NCBI GenBank assembly: GCA_043815185.1
Contig: JBDRJF010000013.1
Location: 1 to 52,678, forward strand
Length of the DNA: 52,678 nt
Direction: 5' to 3'
DNA from: Candidatus Omnitrophota bacterium
GTDB taxonomy: Bacteria > Omnitrophota > Gorgyraeia > Duberdicusellales > 4484-171
The position numbers were made by a program, and so were the translations under genes. Below are positions 43,123 through 51,770 of this stretch, piece after piece; the first letter of the stretch is position 1; each line of letters opens with the position of its first letter. Under the pieces are notes generated by a model. It was not told the origin of the DNA. It made no database searches and saw only the letters and a list, made by a program, of their open reading frames with translations.

Positions 43123-44778
43123 CTACCGCAATAGAATATAGAATATTATCGCCATACCTAAAAGGCACCAAGCCATATAGGTAGGAAGTATACCGTTGTG
43201 AACATAACGCAATACCTTATTAAAACCAAAAGTTATCTTCGAGCCAACTTCATAGACATCAAATACTTTCTTCTCGGCTAATTTATATATACCTTTAAGG
43301 AGGCCGATCTCTTGAATCGTATGATAGAAGTCAATACCGGAAACTCGCATCTCAGGATGTTTTCCTAAAGACTCCCCTCCGATGAAACTTTCGGTCTCTC
43401 TTGTTTTGGTTACCTTACCGAGAAGATAAATTACCATACCAATAATAATTCCGACAGCTATTAAGACCGTAGCTAAGCCAGCATCCCAAACGCCAACGAA
43501 TCCAATTTCCCCTCCTAAACTAGGGAAGACAAGCAGCTTAAGCGGAACTGCCAGAGCAAAGACTCCAAAAATAATACAAAGTATAGCCAGAAAAACCTGA
43601 GGAATCCACATGCTCGGGCTAACATCTCTTAAAACCTTACCGGCAACTCCCGATTCAAAAGAAGGCTGGCCTAAAAATACAGCATGAATTAACTTCATAA
43701 AGCTAGCCAGAGTAAGAGCACTACCAAACATAGCCGCAACTAACCATACTATCCAAAGATATCCTCCGCCTTTAGCAGTTTCGATTATGCCCTGATAAAT
43801 CATCCACTTCGAAGCAAAACCATTAAAAGGCGGGACTCCCGAAATTGCTAAAGACGCTATAAGAAAAGTAATAAATGTGACTGGCATAGCTTTAGCTAAA
43901 CCGCCTAATTTCCCTAAATCGGTAGTTCCAGCTTTTTTCTCTACTGAACCACCAGAGAAGAATAAACAGGATTTATAAATTGCATGGTTTAACATGTGAA
44001 ATAGGCCGCCGGCAATTCCAATCGGATTTCCGGTTCCGATACCTAAGACCATATATCCAACCTGGCTAACAGCATGGTATCCTAAAAGTCTCTTCAAATC
44101 GTGTTGGATTAGAGCCATCATAACTGCGGCTACAATAGTAATGCTGCCGACTACCATCAAAAAGGTATTCATGCCGCTATCCATCTGAAAAATATTTAAA
44201 GACAATCTGGCTAAGAAGTAGATACCGAGAAGCTTATCTAAAGAAGCCGGCAAGAAAGCAGTAACTGGTGCCGGTCCATCTTCAGCAACATCAGGAACCC
44301 AGGTATGAAAAGGCATAGCTCCGGCCTTAGCAAAAGCACCAGCTGCCAAACACAAATAAGCTAAGACTGCTAAGTGAGTATTCAAAGATATACTCATCTT
44401 ATCAATCCGGAATTCTTTAGTTAATACCCAAATAAAAGCTACTCCCAAAAGCATTAAAGCGTCTGTTCCGCCAATTATGATAAAAGCTTTCTTTGCTGTA
44501 GCTTGAGTCTGGGCTTTTTTCCCAAAGCCAATTAAAAGATACAGAAGCATACCTAAGAAGCCCCAGAAGACCACAAACAGAATAATATTGTTGGAAAAAA
44601 CAGCACCTAAAGAAGCCAGGAAAGTAAAAACTATATATAGGTAATAACGAATTAACTCCCTGCCTCTGTTCATAAAACCTACTGAATAGATAATTGTCAG
44701 TAAGGAGAATATTCCAATAAATATTCCTACAAATATAGAGAGGTTGTCGAATTTAAAAAATTGTTCAATCAAGCTCAT
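43123..44778 (-). CDS. Antiporter-like membrane subunit (NuoL/MrpA/HyfB family)
   Basis: AKAGAMPFHTWVPD, KRLLGYHAVSQVG and GVPPFNGFASK motifs. Confidence 0.9.
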   Translation of the reverse strand: MSLIEQFFKFDNLSIFVGIFIGIFSLLTIIYSVGFMNRGRELIRYYLYIVFTFLASLGAVFSNNIILFVVFWGFLGMLLYLLIGFGKKAQTQATAKKAFIIIGGTDALMLLGVAFIWVLTKEFRIDKMSISLNTHLAVLAYLCLAAGAFAKAGAMPFHTWVPDVAEDGPAPVTAFLPASLDKLLGIYFLARLSLNIFQMDSGMNTFLMVVGSITIVAAVMMALIQHDLKRLLGYHAVSQVGYMVLGIGTGNPIGIAGGLFHMLNHAIYKSCLFFSGGSVEKKAGTTDLGKLGGLAKAMPVTFITFLIASLAISGVPPFNGFASKWMIYQGIIETAKGGGYLWIVWLVAAMFGSALTLASFMKLIHAVFLGQPSFESGVAGKVLRDVSPSMWIPQVFLAILCIIFGVFALAVPLKLLVFPSLGGEIGFVGVWDAGLATVLIAVGIIIGMVIYLLGKVTKTRETESFIGGESLGKHPEMRVSGIDFYHTIQEIGLLKGIYKLAEKKVFDVYEVGSKITFGFNKVLRYVHNGILPTYMAWCLLGMAIIFYILLR

Positions 44779-45959
44779 TTAATACCTAATTTACGCTTTA
44801 TCTTGGCGGTCTTTTCTTGCGAAAGCCGTATTAGATCTTCTCCATTATAAATCTTTTTACCCTTAGTATTGCGTACAGCCATTCTCTCGGTACAACAATA
44901 ACAAGGATCAATAGCCGCAAAGATTATAGTAGCGTCAGATATAGTCTGCCCAACAACAGTTGATTTATAAGTTGGTAAATTCATAAAAGTTGGTGCTCTG
45001 ACCTTATGGCGAGCCGGCCGGTTAGTGCCGTCACTCTTTACATAATGAAAACACTCTCCTCTTGGCGCCTCAATCTGACCAATACCTTCTCCGGGAGGAA
45101 TACTCTTAATTTTAGCATCGATTTCACCTTTGGGAAGATTCAGAAGACAGTGCTTTATTATTTTTATAGACTCAAAAGTCTCTAGAACTCTTACTACTAA
45201 CTTATCAAAGACATCGCCATTGGAAGTTACAATCATATCCCAATCTAACTCTTGGTAAGCTCCATACGGACAATCTTTTCGTAAGTCCTTAGCTACACCG
45301 GATGCTCTTGAAGTTGGGCCTAAGGCCGAATAGCTTATGGCGTCTTCTTTAGTAAGCACGCCTACCCCTTTAGTCCGGGCATGTAATACCGGATCATCGA
45401 TAATTGCTTTTTTAAGCATTGTCAATGTCGGTATGATTGAATCTATTTTTTTTATAACTCCTGATATATCTTCTGCCTTTATGTCTCTTCTTACTCCTCC
45501 GGGTTTAAACATAGCATAGTTGTTTCTATTTCCTGATAAAATTTCCATCGCATCTAGTATTTCTTCTCTTAACTTCCAGGCCCACATGTATACTGTGTTA
45601 TATCCTAAGAAGTGTCCGGCTAAACCCAACCAGAGAAGATGGGAGTGTATTCTCTCACCTTCAGCAATTATGGTTCGAATATACTTAGCCCGCTCAGGCA
45701 CCGCTATTGAAATAATATCCTCAACTGCTCTAGTATAAGCAAAAGGATGGCTGGTAGAGCAAATACCACAAATTCTCTCAACCAAAAAAGTCGATTGGTC
45801 AAAGGTTTTGCGCTCGGAAAGTTTTTCTATGCCCCGGTGGTTATAACCAACCTCAACATCAACAGCAACAATTTTTTCGCCCTCAACAGTAAGGGTAAAA
45901 AATTCCGGCTCTTCTTGTAAAGGATGGTAAGGTCCTATCGGTACTATTGTTCTTGCCAT
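44775..45959 (-). CDS. Group 4 [NiFe]-hydrogenase large subunit
   Basis: GPYHP..EEP, HRGIE, ERICGICS (L1), ERIHSH, EAPRGE, RAPT and DPCYCCTER (L2), plus a C-terminal extension. Confidence 0.93.
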   Translation of the reverse strand: MARTIVPIGPYHPLQEEPEFFTLTVEGEKIVAVDVEVGYNHRGIEKLSERKTFDQSTFLVERICGICSTSHPFAYTRAVEDIISIAVPERAKYIRTIIAEGERIHSHLLWLGLAGHFLGYNTVYMWAWKLREEILDAMEILSGNRNNYAMFKPGGVRRDIKAEDISGVIKKIDSIIPTLTMLKKAIIDDPVLHARTKGVGVLTKEDAISYSALGPTSRASGVAKDLRKDCPYGAYQELDWDMIVTSNGDVFDKLVVRVLETFESIKIIKHCLLNLPKGEIDAKIKSIPPGEGIGQIEAPRGECFHYVKSDGTNRPARHKVRAPTFMNLPTYKSTVVGQTISDATIIFAAIDPCYCCTERMAVRNTKGKKIYNGEDLIRLSQEKTAKIKRKLGIK

Positions 45960-46432
45960 TATACTCCTCTATCTCTAATTGCTTTTTCGTCCCACTCTTT
46001 ATAATCTCTACGTAAAGGATAAGAATCTTTCGGCCACTGATCAGGGAGAAGAAGCTTCCTTAAGTCAGGATGGCCTTTAAACTTTATTCCTAGCATCTCA
46101 AAAATTTCCCGCTCAATCCAATTTGCAGCTTCAAATGAAGGAGTGAGCGAATCTATCTCTAGTTTTGACTTATCTAGTTTAACTCTTAGGGAAATTACTA
46201 GATTTATATCGTCAAAGGTAAAATGATATAAAATCTCCATATGAGAACGAGTATCTACGCCAGAAGCAATACTAAATCTAGCTTTTAGCTCTTTAAAGAT
46301 ATAATTTGCAATCTTAACAAGCGAAGAAGCCTTAATCTCGATATATACTCGCGTAGAAGACTTATCAATAAAATCAATGATGTCTTCTTTAAATTTTTGG
46401 TTAATATCTTTTAAAACGTCACTTCGATACAT
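45959..46432 (-). CDS. NuoC/MbhK-like subunit
   Basis: AANWIEREIFEMLGIKFKGHP and YPLR motifs. Confidence 0.92.
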   Translation of the reverse strand: MYRSDVLKDINQKFKEDIIDFIDKSSTRVYIEIKASSLVKIANYIFKELKARFSIASGVDTRSHMEILYHFTFDDINLVISLRVKLDKSKLEIDSLTPSFEAANWIEREIFEMLGIKFKGHPDLRKLLLPDQWPKDSYPLRRDYKEWDEKAIRDRGV

Positions 46433-46872
46433 TATTTTCCCTTCTTCTTGATTGTACCTTTCACCTTTTCAATTAACTTAACTACACCGGCGATGATCGC
46501 TTCTGGTTTAGGCGGACATCCCGGTATGTAAACATCTACCGGTATAATCTTATCTATTGGAACCGGACAATTGTAGCTATGGATAAACATACCTCGAGAT
46601 AAAGAACATTCTCCGATTGCCACTACCAAACAAGGTTTAGGCACCTGGTCATACAATCTCTTTACCCTCTCCATTGATTTCCGATTACCAGAACCAGTAA
46701 CCAAAAGCACATCAGCATGCCTTATGCTTCCGGCTAAAATCATCCCGAACCTCTCAATATCAAACCTAGGGGTAAGACAATCTAGTATTTCAATATCACA
46801 ATTATTACAACTTCCGGTAGCAAGATGAAAAACCCAAGGTGATTTCAACAATGCTTTTAATGTTACACTCAT
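46432..46872 (-). CDS. Group 4 hydrogenase small subunit (NuoB/MbhJ-like)
   Basis: GSCNNCDIE, RHADVLLVTG, AIGEC and PGCPP motifs. Confidence 0.93.
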   Translation of the reverse strand: MSVTLKALLKSPWVFHLATGSCNNCDIEILDCLTPRFDIERFGMILAGSIRHADVLLVTGSGNRKSMERVKRLYDQVPKPCLVVAIGECSLSRGMFIHSYNCPVPIDKIIPVDVYIPGCPPKPEAIIAGVVKLIEKVKGTIKKKGK

Positions 46873-46873
46873 A

Positions 46874-47794
46874 TTACTTCCCGTTTAAAGCTAGAACAAC
46901 TGCCAACACGGCAATTATAGTCATTGGCCCCCAGAAAAACCGCATTGCCTGGTCAATTCTTACCCGAGGGTTGGTATTTCGAATAACTGTTATAAGGGCA
47001 ACCAGCCCAACATACTTTAGTATCCCATAAAGTAAGTGTATCCCGTCAAACCTCAAACCGCCCATAAGGAGAATCATTAAAAAGAACGGTAAGACAAATA
47101 AAAGCATATTTTTAGTGAGCCTATAGATAGCTAATCCTGTTCCTGAATATTCGATTAGCGGACCACCGACTATCTCAGTTTCAGCTTCAGGAATATCAAA
47201 GGGGACTAAAGCTAATTTTGCCTGCACACACATTATAAGTACAATAAAAGCTAATATCCCTGATAAATTTCCCAAGATTACTCCCTGTTGAGCCTGAAGA
47301 GTTATGATTTCTCCTAAGCGTATAGAAAAGTTAGATTTTATAATCGGAACTAATATAGCTAGGACAAAAGGAAGTTCATAACTTAAGATCAGTTTCATCT
47401 CCCGAGATGCACCCAAGCTAGCCAAGGGGTTACGAGAAGCAAAACCGCCAATAATAATACTCATTGAAGGAATAGTTAATAAATACAAAACTACTATTAA
47501 ATCGCCAAGAAAAGTCTTACCGGGATGGATATTGTTTAACCACAAAAGAGTAGCTACTAAAATTACGCTAGCAAGCCCAATAACCGGGGCCATAAGAAAG
47601 GTCAACTTTGATGAACCAACCGGTACAAGGTTCTCTTTCCCAAGAAGCTTTACAATATCTATTAAAGGCTGCAAAATCGGCGGCCCTACTCGATATTGGA
47701 CCCGGGCAGTAACCTTACGATCTATCCAACTAGCCAACAACCCGATAATTGCTGTCGCCAAAAAACCAAATACTATAAAATAGAATAAATACAT
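46874..47794 (-). CDS. NuoH/HycD/MbhM-like membrane anchor
   Basis: RKVTARVQYRVGPP, PFDIPEAETE and NPR.RIDQ motifs. Confidence 0.92.
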   Translation of the reverse strand: MYLFYFIVFGFLATAIIGLLASWIDRKVTARVQYRVGPPILQPLIDIVKLLGKENLVPVGSSKLTFLMAPVIGLASVILVATLLWLNNIHPGKTFLGDLIVVLYLLTIPSMSIIIGGFASRNPLASLGASREMKLILSYELPFVLAILVPIIKSNFSIRLGEIITLQAQQGVILGNLSGILAFIVLIMCVQAKLALVPFDIPEAETEIVGGPLIEYSGTGLAIYRLTKNMLLFVLPFFLMILLMGGLRFDGIHLLYGILKYVGLVALITVIRNTNPRVRIDQAMRFFWGPMTIIAVLAVVLALNGK

Positions 47795-48360
47795 TATACT
47801 TTGTCTCTATCCCAGTGAGTCGAATGAACTATCAAATTATCACCGACTAAAAATATATTTTCATCAAGCTCAATGTCGCCTCGTTTTAAACTTAAGGCAC
47901 CGTAGCTGCAGGTCTTTATACATAAAGGTTCCTGGTCAAGATCCCTGCGGTCTAAACAAAAGTCACAATTATGGATTAAGTAAGGGACATTCTCAGGGTA
48001 TATCGCTCCATAAGGACAGGCATGAGAACAGGATTTACAACTTACACAACGCAGATTATGCCGGATGAGAAACTTATCTTTATCTTGCTGTTGTTCTAAG
48101 GCTTCAAAGGGGCAGGCTCCGACACAATGCGGTTCTTGGCAGCGGCGGCAGACTAAAGCATAGGTAGCTAGCTCAGCCACCGAGATAATACCGTTGTTGC
48201 CCGGATTCTGGGAATGATAAAAATAACTGCACTCAATCAGACAGCCCTGGCATTGACCAGAAGCGCAGACGTCCAGATCGATAAACAGCCGCTTGTCTCC
48301 GCCAGCCCCAGCTTCCAAACTTAATTTACCTTGGTGTAGTTGTTCAGCGCTTGAGCTCAT
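47794..48360 (-). CDS. Polyferredoxin-like electron-transfer subunit (HycB/CooF-like)
   Basis: CRRCQEPHCVGACP, CVSCKSCSHACP and CDFC...CIKTC motifs. Confidence 0.85.
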   Translation of the reverse strand: MSSSAEQLHQGKLSLEAGAGGDKRLFIDLDVCASGQCQGCLIECSYFYHSQNPGNNGIISVAELATYALVCRRCQEPHCVGACPFEALEQQQDKDKFLIRHNLRCVSCKSCSHACPYGAIYPENVPYLIHNCDFCLDRRDLDQEPLCIKTCSYGALSLKRGDIELDENIFLVGDNLIVHSTHWDRDKV

Positions 48361-48361
48361 T

Positions 48362-49186
48362 TTAGTCCCAAATTTCGTGAAAGTTCTTTATCTTATCGTA
48401 AGTAAAGACCGGACCGTCTTTGCAAGCATAGTAAGTCCCAATCCGGCAATGCCCGCACTTGCCAATACCACAAGACATGTTCTTCTCCATTGAAAGGTAA
48501 ATATTCTCGTCTTTAAACCCCGACTCTAGCAGCTTAAAAGTAACGAATTTCATCATTATCGGCGGCCCGCAAACAACAGCAACTCCTTTTTCACAATCCA
48601 TAGCTAAACCATCCAGGATTGTGGTTACCAGCCCCACGTGGCCCTTCCAATTCTCATCGCCCTTATCTACGGTAAGCCCTAAGTCTAAATCATCCCGCTT
48701 TGCCCACTGGCTAACTTCACCCTTATAGACTAACTCCTGAGGGTTTCGGCAGCCACCTCTGAACAATAATTTTTTAATTTCCCCTCTTATTGTAAAGAGG
48801 GTATACATAAGACTGCGTAAAGGAGCGAAACCAACCCCACCGCCGATAACTAAAACTTCCTGGTCTTTAAACTTATCCAGAGGGTAACCTACACCTAAAG
48901 GACCCCTTACTCCGATAATAGTGCCTTTCCTAAGTTCATGGATCTTATCAGTAACCTTACCAACCTTCATTACAGTTATTTCCATTGTATCTTTTATTGA
49001 TGGCCTTGAAGAAGGAGTAAAAGGAGCTTCGCCTACACCAGGGATAGTCACTTCAATGAATTGACCAGTAGCAAAACTTAGTGCTTCCTTAGGTTTAAAT
49101 TTTATAGTCTTTATGGTCGGCGTCTCCTCAACAACCTCAAGAACCTCAGCTTCAACCGGTTGATAAGGATTTTTGCACTTAGACAT
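48362..49186 (-). CDS. FAD/NAD(P)-binding subunit (sulfhydrogenase gamma / AsrB-like)
   Basis: GQF, GEAPF, RGPLG, GGGVGFAP, VCGPP and MSCGIGKCGHC...C motifs. Confidence 0.9.
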   Translation of the reverse strand: MSKCKNPYQPVEAEVLEVVEETPTIKTIKFKPKEALSFATGQFIEVTIPGVGEAPFTPSSRPSIKDTMEITVMKVGKVTDKIHELRKGTIIGVRGPLGVGYPLDKFKDQEVLVIGGGVGFAPLRSLMYTLFTIRGEIKKLLFRGGCRNPQELVYKGEVSQWAKRDDLDLGLTVDKGDENWKGHVGLVTTILDGLAMDCEKGVAVVCGPPIMMKFVTFKLLESGFKDENIYLSMEKNMSCGIGKCGHCRIGTYYACKDGPVFTYDKIKNFHEIWD

Positions 49187-50219
49187 CGGATACCAACTTC
49201 TTTAATACTTTTCTAATATCTATCTTTGCCGGACAAGCCGAAATGCAGCGGCCGCAGCCAGTACAAGCATAAATACCGGCAACTTTGGGGAAAAAATCAA
49301 ATTTTTTCTCAAATCTGTTCCTTAACCGCATCCAGAGCTTCTCCCGGGGATTAGCGCCTCCGGCAACCCGGGCAAAATCTTTGATCATACATGAATCCCA
49401 GATTCGCAGCCGAGCCATATGCTGCTGATTTTTTTGATCATAAAGAAGAAAACAGTGACAAGTAGGACAGATGGTATTACAGGCTCCGCACTCAACACAA
49501 GCTTTAGCCTCATCAGCCCAGATACTAGAATCATATTTCTTTTCAACAATACCGTCAAAGGCCTCCTGGCTGGATAGGCTATTATCCTTAATGTTCTCAT
49601 TCACCATATTTTTAACCGCAAGCCGCTGTTGGTCTCGCTGGGCTATAAACTCGCTGCTGCCAGCCTCAAAAAGTGAAGAATTCTTATCGATAAGCTCACG
49701 GCCTCTTTCGGAACCAGGATCGACAAGAAAACCGTCTTTGACCTCCGAAAGATTAAGATCGAAATTACCTTGCGGATAAGGCATCAAACCTAAAGCCAGA
49801 CAAAAACAAGTATCAATTACGCAAGTGCAATCTGCGGCAATAATAAGATTCCTCTTCCGGGCGGTAAAGTAGAAAGGATCTTGGCAATCCGGGTCATCTC
49901 CCGAAGAAGCGGAAAATACCTGGTCCTGAACCTCAAAACCTTTTAAATCACAAGCTTTAACCCCGACAATTGCTAACGGCTTACCCTTGGGATGAGGAAA
50001 CTGATCCTTAAAATCTTCAGCTACTACTTCCCGGGCCCGGTAGAAGAACGATTTTAAAGGCTCATAAGTTCTTACTTCTCCGATAGTGATATCGCCGCCG
50101 GGGGCCTCATATTTTTTATAGAACCGCTGCTGACCCTTTTTTACCGGCAGATAGACAGAATAATCTTGGCTTAAATTATCTAAAAACTTAGTAAAATTGC
50201 CTGAGGAGATATAATTCAT
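49179..50219 (-). CDS. 4Fe-4S subunit (sulfhydrogenase beta / AsrA-like)
   Basis: GVKACD, CFC, CVECGACNTICPTCHC, WDSC and CTGCGRCISACP motifs. Confidence 0.9.
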   Translation of the reverse strand: MNYISSGNFTKFLDNLSQDYSVYLPVKKGQQRFYKKYEAPGGDITIGEVRTYEPLKSFFYRAREVVAEDFKDQFPHPKGKPLAIVGVKACDLKGFEVQDQVFSASSGDDPDCQDPFYFTARKRNLIIAADCTCVIDTCFCLALGLMPYPQGNFDLNLSEVKDGFLVDPGSERGRELIDKNSSLFEAGSSEFIAQRDQQRLAVKNMVNENIKDNSLSSQEAFDGIVEKKYDSSIWADEAKACVECGACNTICPTCHCFLLYDQKNQQHMARLRIWDSCMIKDFARVAGGANPREKLWMRLRNRFEKKFDFFPKVAGIYACTGCGRCISACPAKIDIRKVLKKLVSDV

Positions 50220-50277
50220 CCTAATTAATTTTTAATTGTTAATAGCGGGGAATTTCTCAAAAAAGAGCCTTAATACT

Positions 50278-50295
50278 TTGTGAATAAAATCACAA
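50278..50295. promoter_or_regulatory. Rex operator (Rex box)
   Basis: TTGTGAATAAAATCACAA has one mismatch to the TTGTGAA-N4-TTCACAA consensus; rex lies in the downstream gene string. Confidence 0.8.
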
Positions 50296-50307
50296 TCAAG
50301 ATGACTA

Positions 50308-50336
50308 ATCGTATCATACAAGAATAAACTTGTCAA
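50308..50336 (-). promoter_or_regulatory. Putative sigma-70 promoter of the hydrogenase operon
   Basis: TTGACA-17 bp-TACGAT with TGn extension, just upstream of the Rex box. Confidence 0.7.
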
Positions 50337-50387
50337 ATAATTTTTATTAATTAATCAAGCTGACTGCTGAAATATACTGACTGAAAT

Positions 50388-50699
50388 TTAAGCTCGGGTA
50401 ACTTTAGGCGAATAATTTTTGGCACCTAAATAGCCGGCAAAAGTAGGGTTGATTTTGCTCAACAACAACACTATCCCCCACAATAAGATTATGGCCATAG
50501 CAATAACTAACCCTAACAATAGGTCACCAATGATGTTTTCGGAAATAAGTAATAACTCCCCGTTCCAAAGATGGTCGATTACTCCAAACAAAGCACCTCC
50601 GTAAAACATCAGAGTCAGCCATCCGGTTTTTATGTTCTTAGTTCTCCCCCAAATCAAAGATGTAACTATTGCTCCGGCTACCGGTACTGTATAACACAT
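50388..50699 (-). CDS. Small hypothetical membrane protein (3 TM)
   Basis: GGAGGTGGAG RBS; hydrophobic helices; MCY N-terminus and DHLWNGEL loop. Confidence 0.75.
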   Translation of the reverse strand: MCYTVPVAGAIVTSLIWGRTKNIKTGWLTLMFYGGALFGVIDHLWNGELLLISENIIGDLLLGLVIAMAIILLWGIVLLLSKINPTFAGYLGAKNYSPKVTRA

Positions 50700-50732
50700 C
50701 TACTCCACCTCCTTCTCTTTTAAAAACAACCC

Positions 50733-51770
50733 TTATTTTTTATCTGCCTTGAGTAAATCAATTGCCTTCTTAGCTACCTCGTAAGGGCTGATCGCTATAA
50801 GACAACGAAATCCCTTGAAGCAATTATGGGCTAAACACTTACTGCAACCGGCATCTTTATGGAAATAAAAAGCCTCTTTTCCCAACGGACCCCACCTTAA
50901 CGGGGAAAGTCCGGGGTCTTTTCTCCCGAAGATAGAAATTACCGGGATATCAAGGCTTGCAGCAATGTGGACCGGACCCGAATCATTAGAGATAAAAAGT
51001 GAGGTTCGTTTAAACAAGGCTCCCAGTTCGGCGACACTTAAAACACCCCGTAAATCAATAACGCCGCTTTCCTCAACTAGTTTTTTTCCCAATTCTCTCT
51101 CCGCGAATGAGGTAATCACGGCTATCTTAAGGCTGATTTCTTTTCTTAATAATTTAATCAGTTCTAAGAAATGAGCTTGCGGCCAATGTTTAGACCGGCA
51201 AGATGCTGAAGGATGGATAACAATAAATTCTTCATTTTCGCCCACCCTTTTAATCTTAAGTATTTCCGCCACCCTGGCCTCAGCATTACTGGAGACCGGA
51301 AAGTAAGTATCTTTGCATTTAATCGGGATATTTAAGGCTCTTAAAATATCTAATGTATAATCTAACTCATGTTTTAGGCCCTCTTGTTTGCTGTGGGGAA
51401 TTTTTTTGGTAAGTAAAAAACTTAATTTTTTGTCCCATCCCACTCGCTGGGGAATCCGAGCTAAAAAAGTAATTAGGTGTACCCGATTTGTAGGGTGCAA
51501 AATAAGCGCAAGATCAAAATTTTTCTTACCTAGGTAAGCCGAAAATCTGATTGAGGCTCCAAAGCTCTTATCGCGGCCATACTTATCATAAGTAATGACC
51601 TCATCTAAATAAGGATTTCCTTCCAAAGCATCCCGGGTATAAGGCCGGCAGAGAAAAGCGATATGGGATTTAGGAAACGAAAGGCGTAAATTCTTAATCA
51701 CTGGCGTAGAAAGTATAACATCTCCTAATCTATCGGTACGAACTATTAAAATATTATTTGGTTGTTTCAT
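50733..51770 (-). CDS. waaF: GT9 LPS heptosyltransferase (WaaF-like)
   Basis: RTDRLGDVIL, IHPSAS...KHWP and SNDSGPVHIAA motifs. Confidence 0.8.
   Translation of the reverse strand: MKQPNNILIVRTDRLGDVILSTPVIKNLRLSFPKSHIAFLCRPYTRDALEGNPYLDEVITYDKYGRDKSFGASIRFSAYLGKKNFDLALILHPTNRVHLITFLARIPQRVGWDKKLSFLLTKKIPHSKQEGLKHELDYTLDILRALNIPIKCKDTYFPVSSNAEARVAEILKIKRVGENEEFIVIHPSASCRSKHWPQAHFLELIKLLRKEISLKIAVITSFAERELGKKLVEESGVIDLRGVLSVAELGALFKRTSLFISNDSGPVHIAASLDIPVISIFGRKDPGLSPLRWGPLGKEAFYFHKDAGCSKCLAHNCFKGFRCLIAISPYEVAKKAIDLLKADKK

Noticed and set aside
38995-47794. Respiratory complex I or a stand-alone Mrp antiporter
   Set aside because: The NuoD-like subunit has both CxxC Ni-binding motifs and a cleavable tail, and hycI and hypA are adjacent.
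812-51174. The many short plus-strand ORFs and nested minus-strand ORFs in the track (e.g. 812-1060, 13774-14322, 19023-19427, 22013-22483, 34604-34870, 37575-37865)
   Set aside because: They are shadows of well-supported genes on the other strand or in another frame, with no motifs or RBS. Only 2037-2483 is a credible plus-strand gene.
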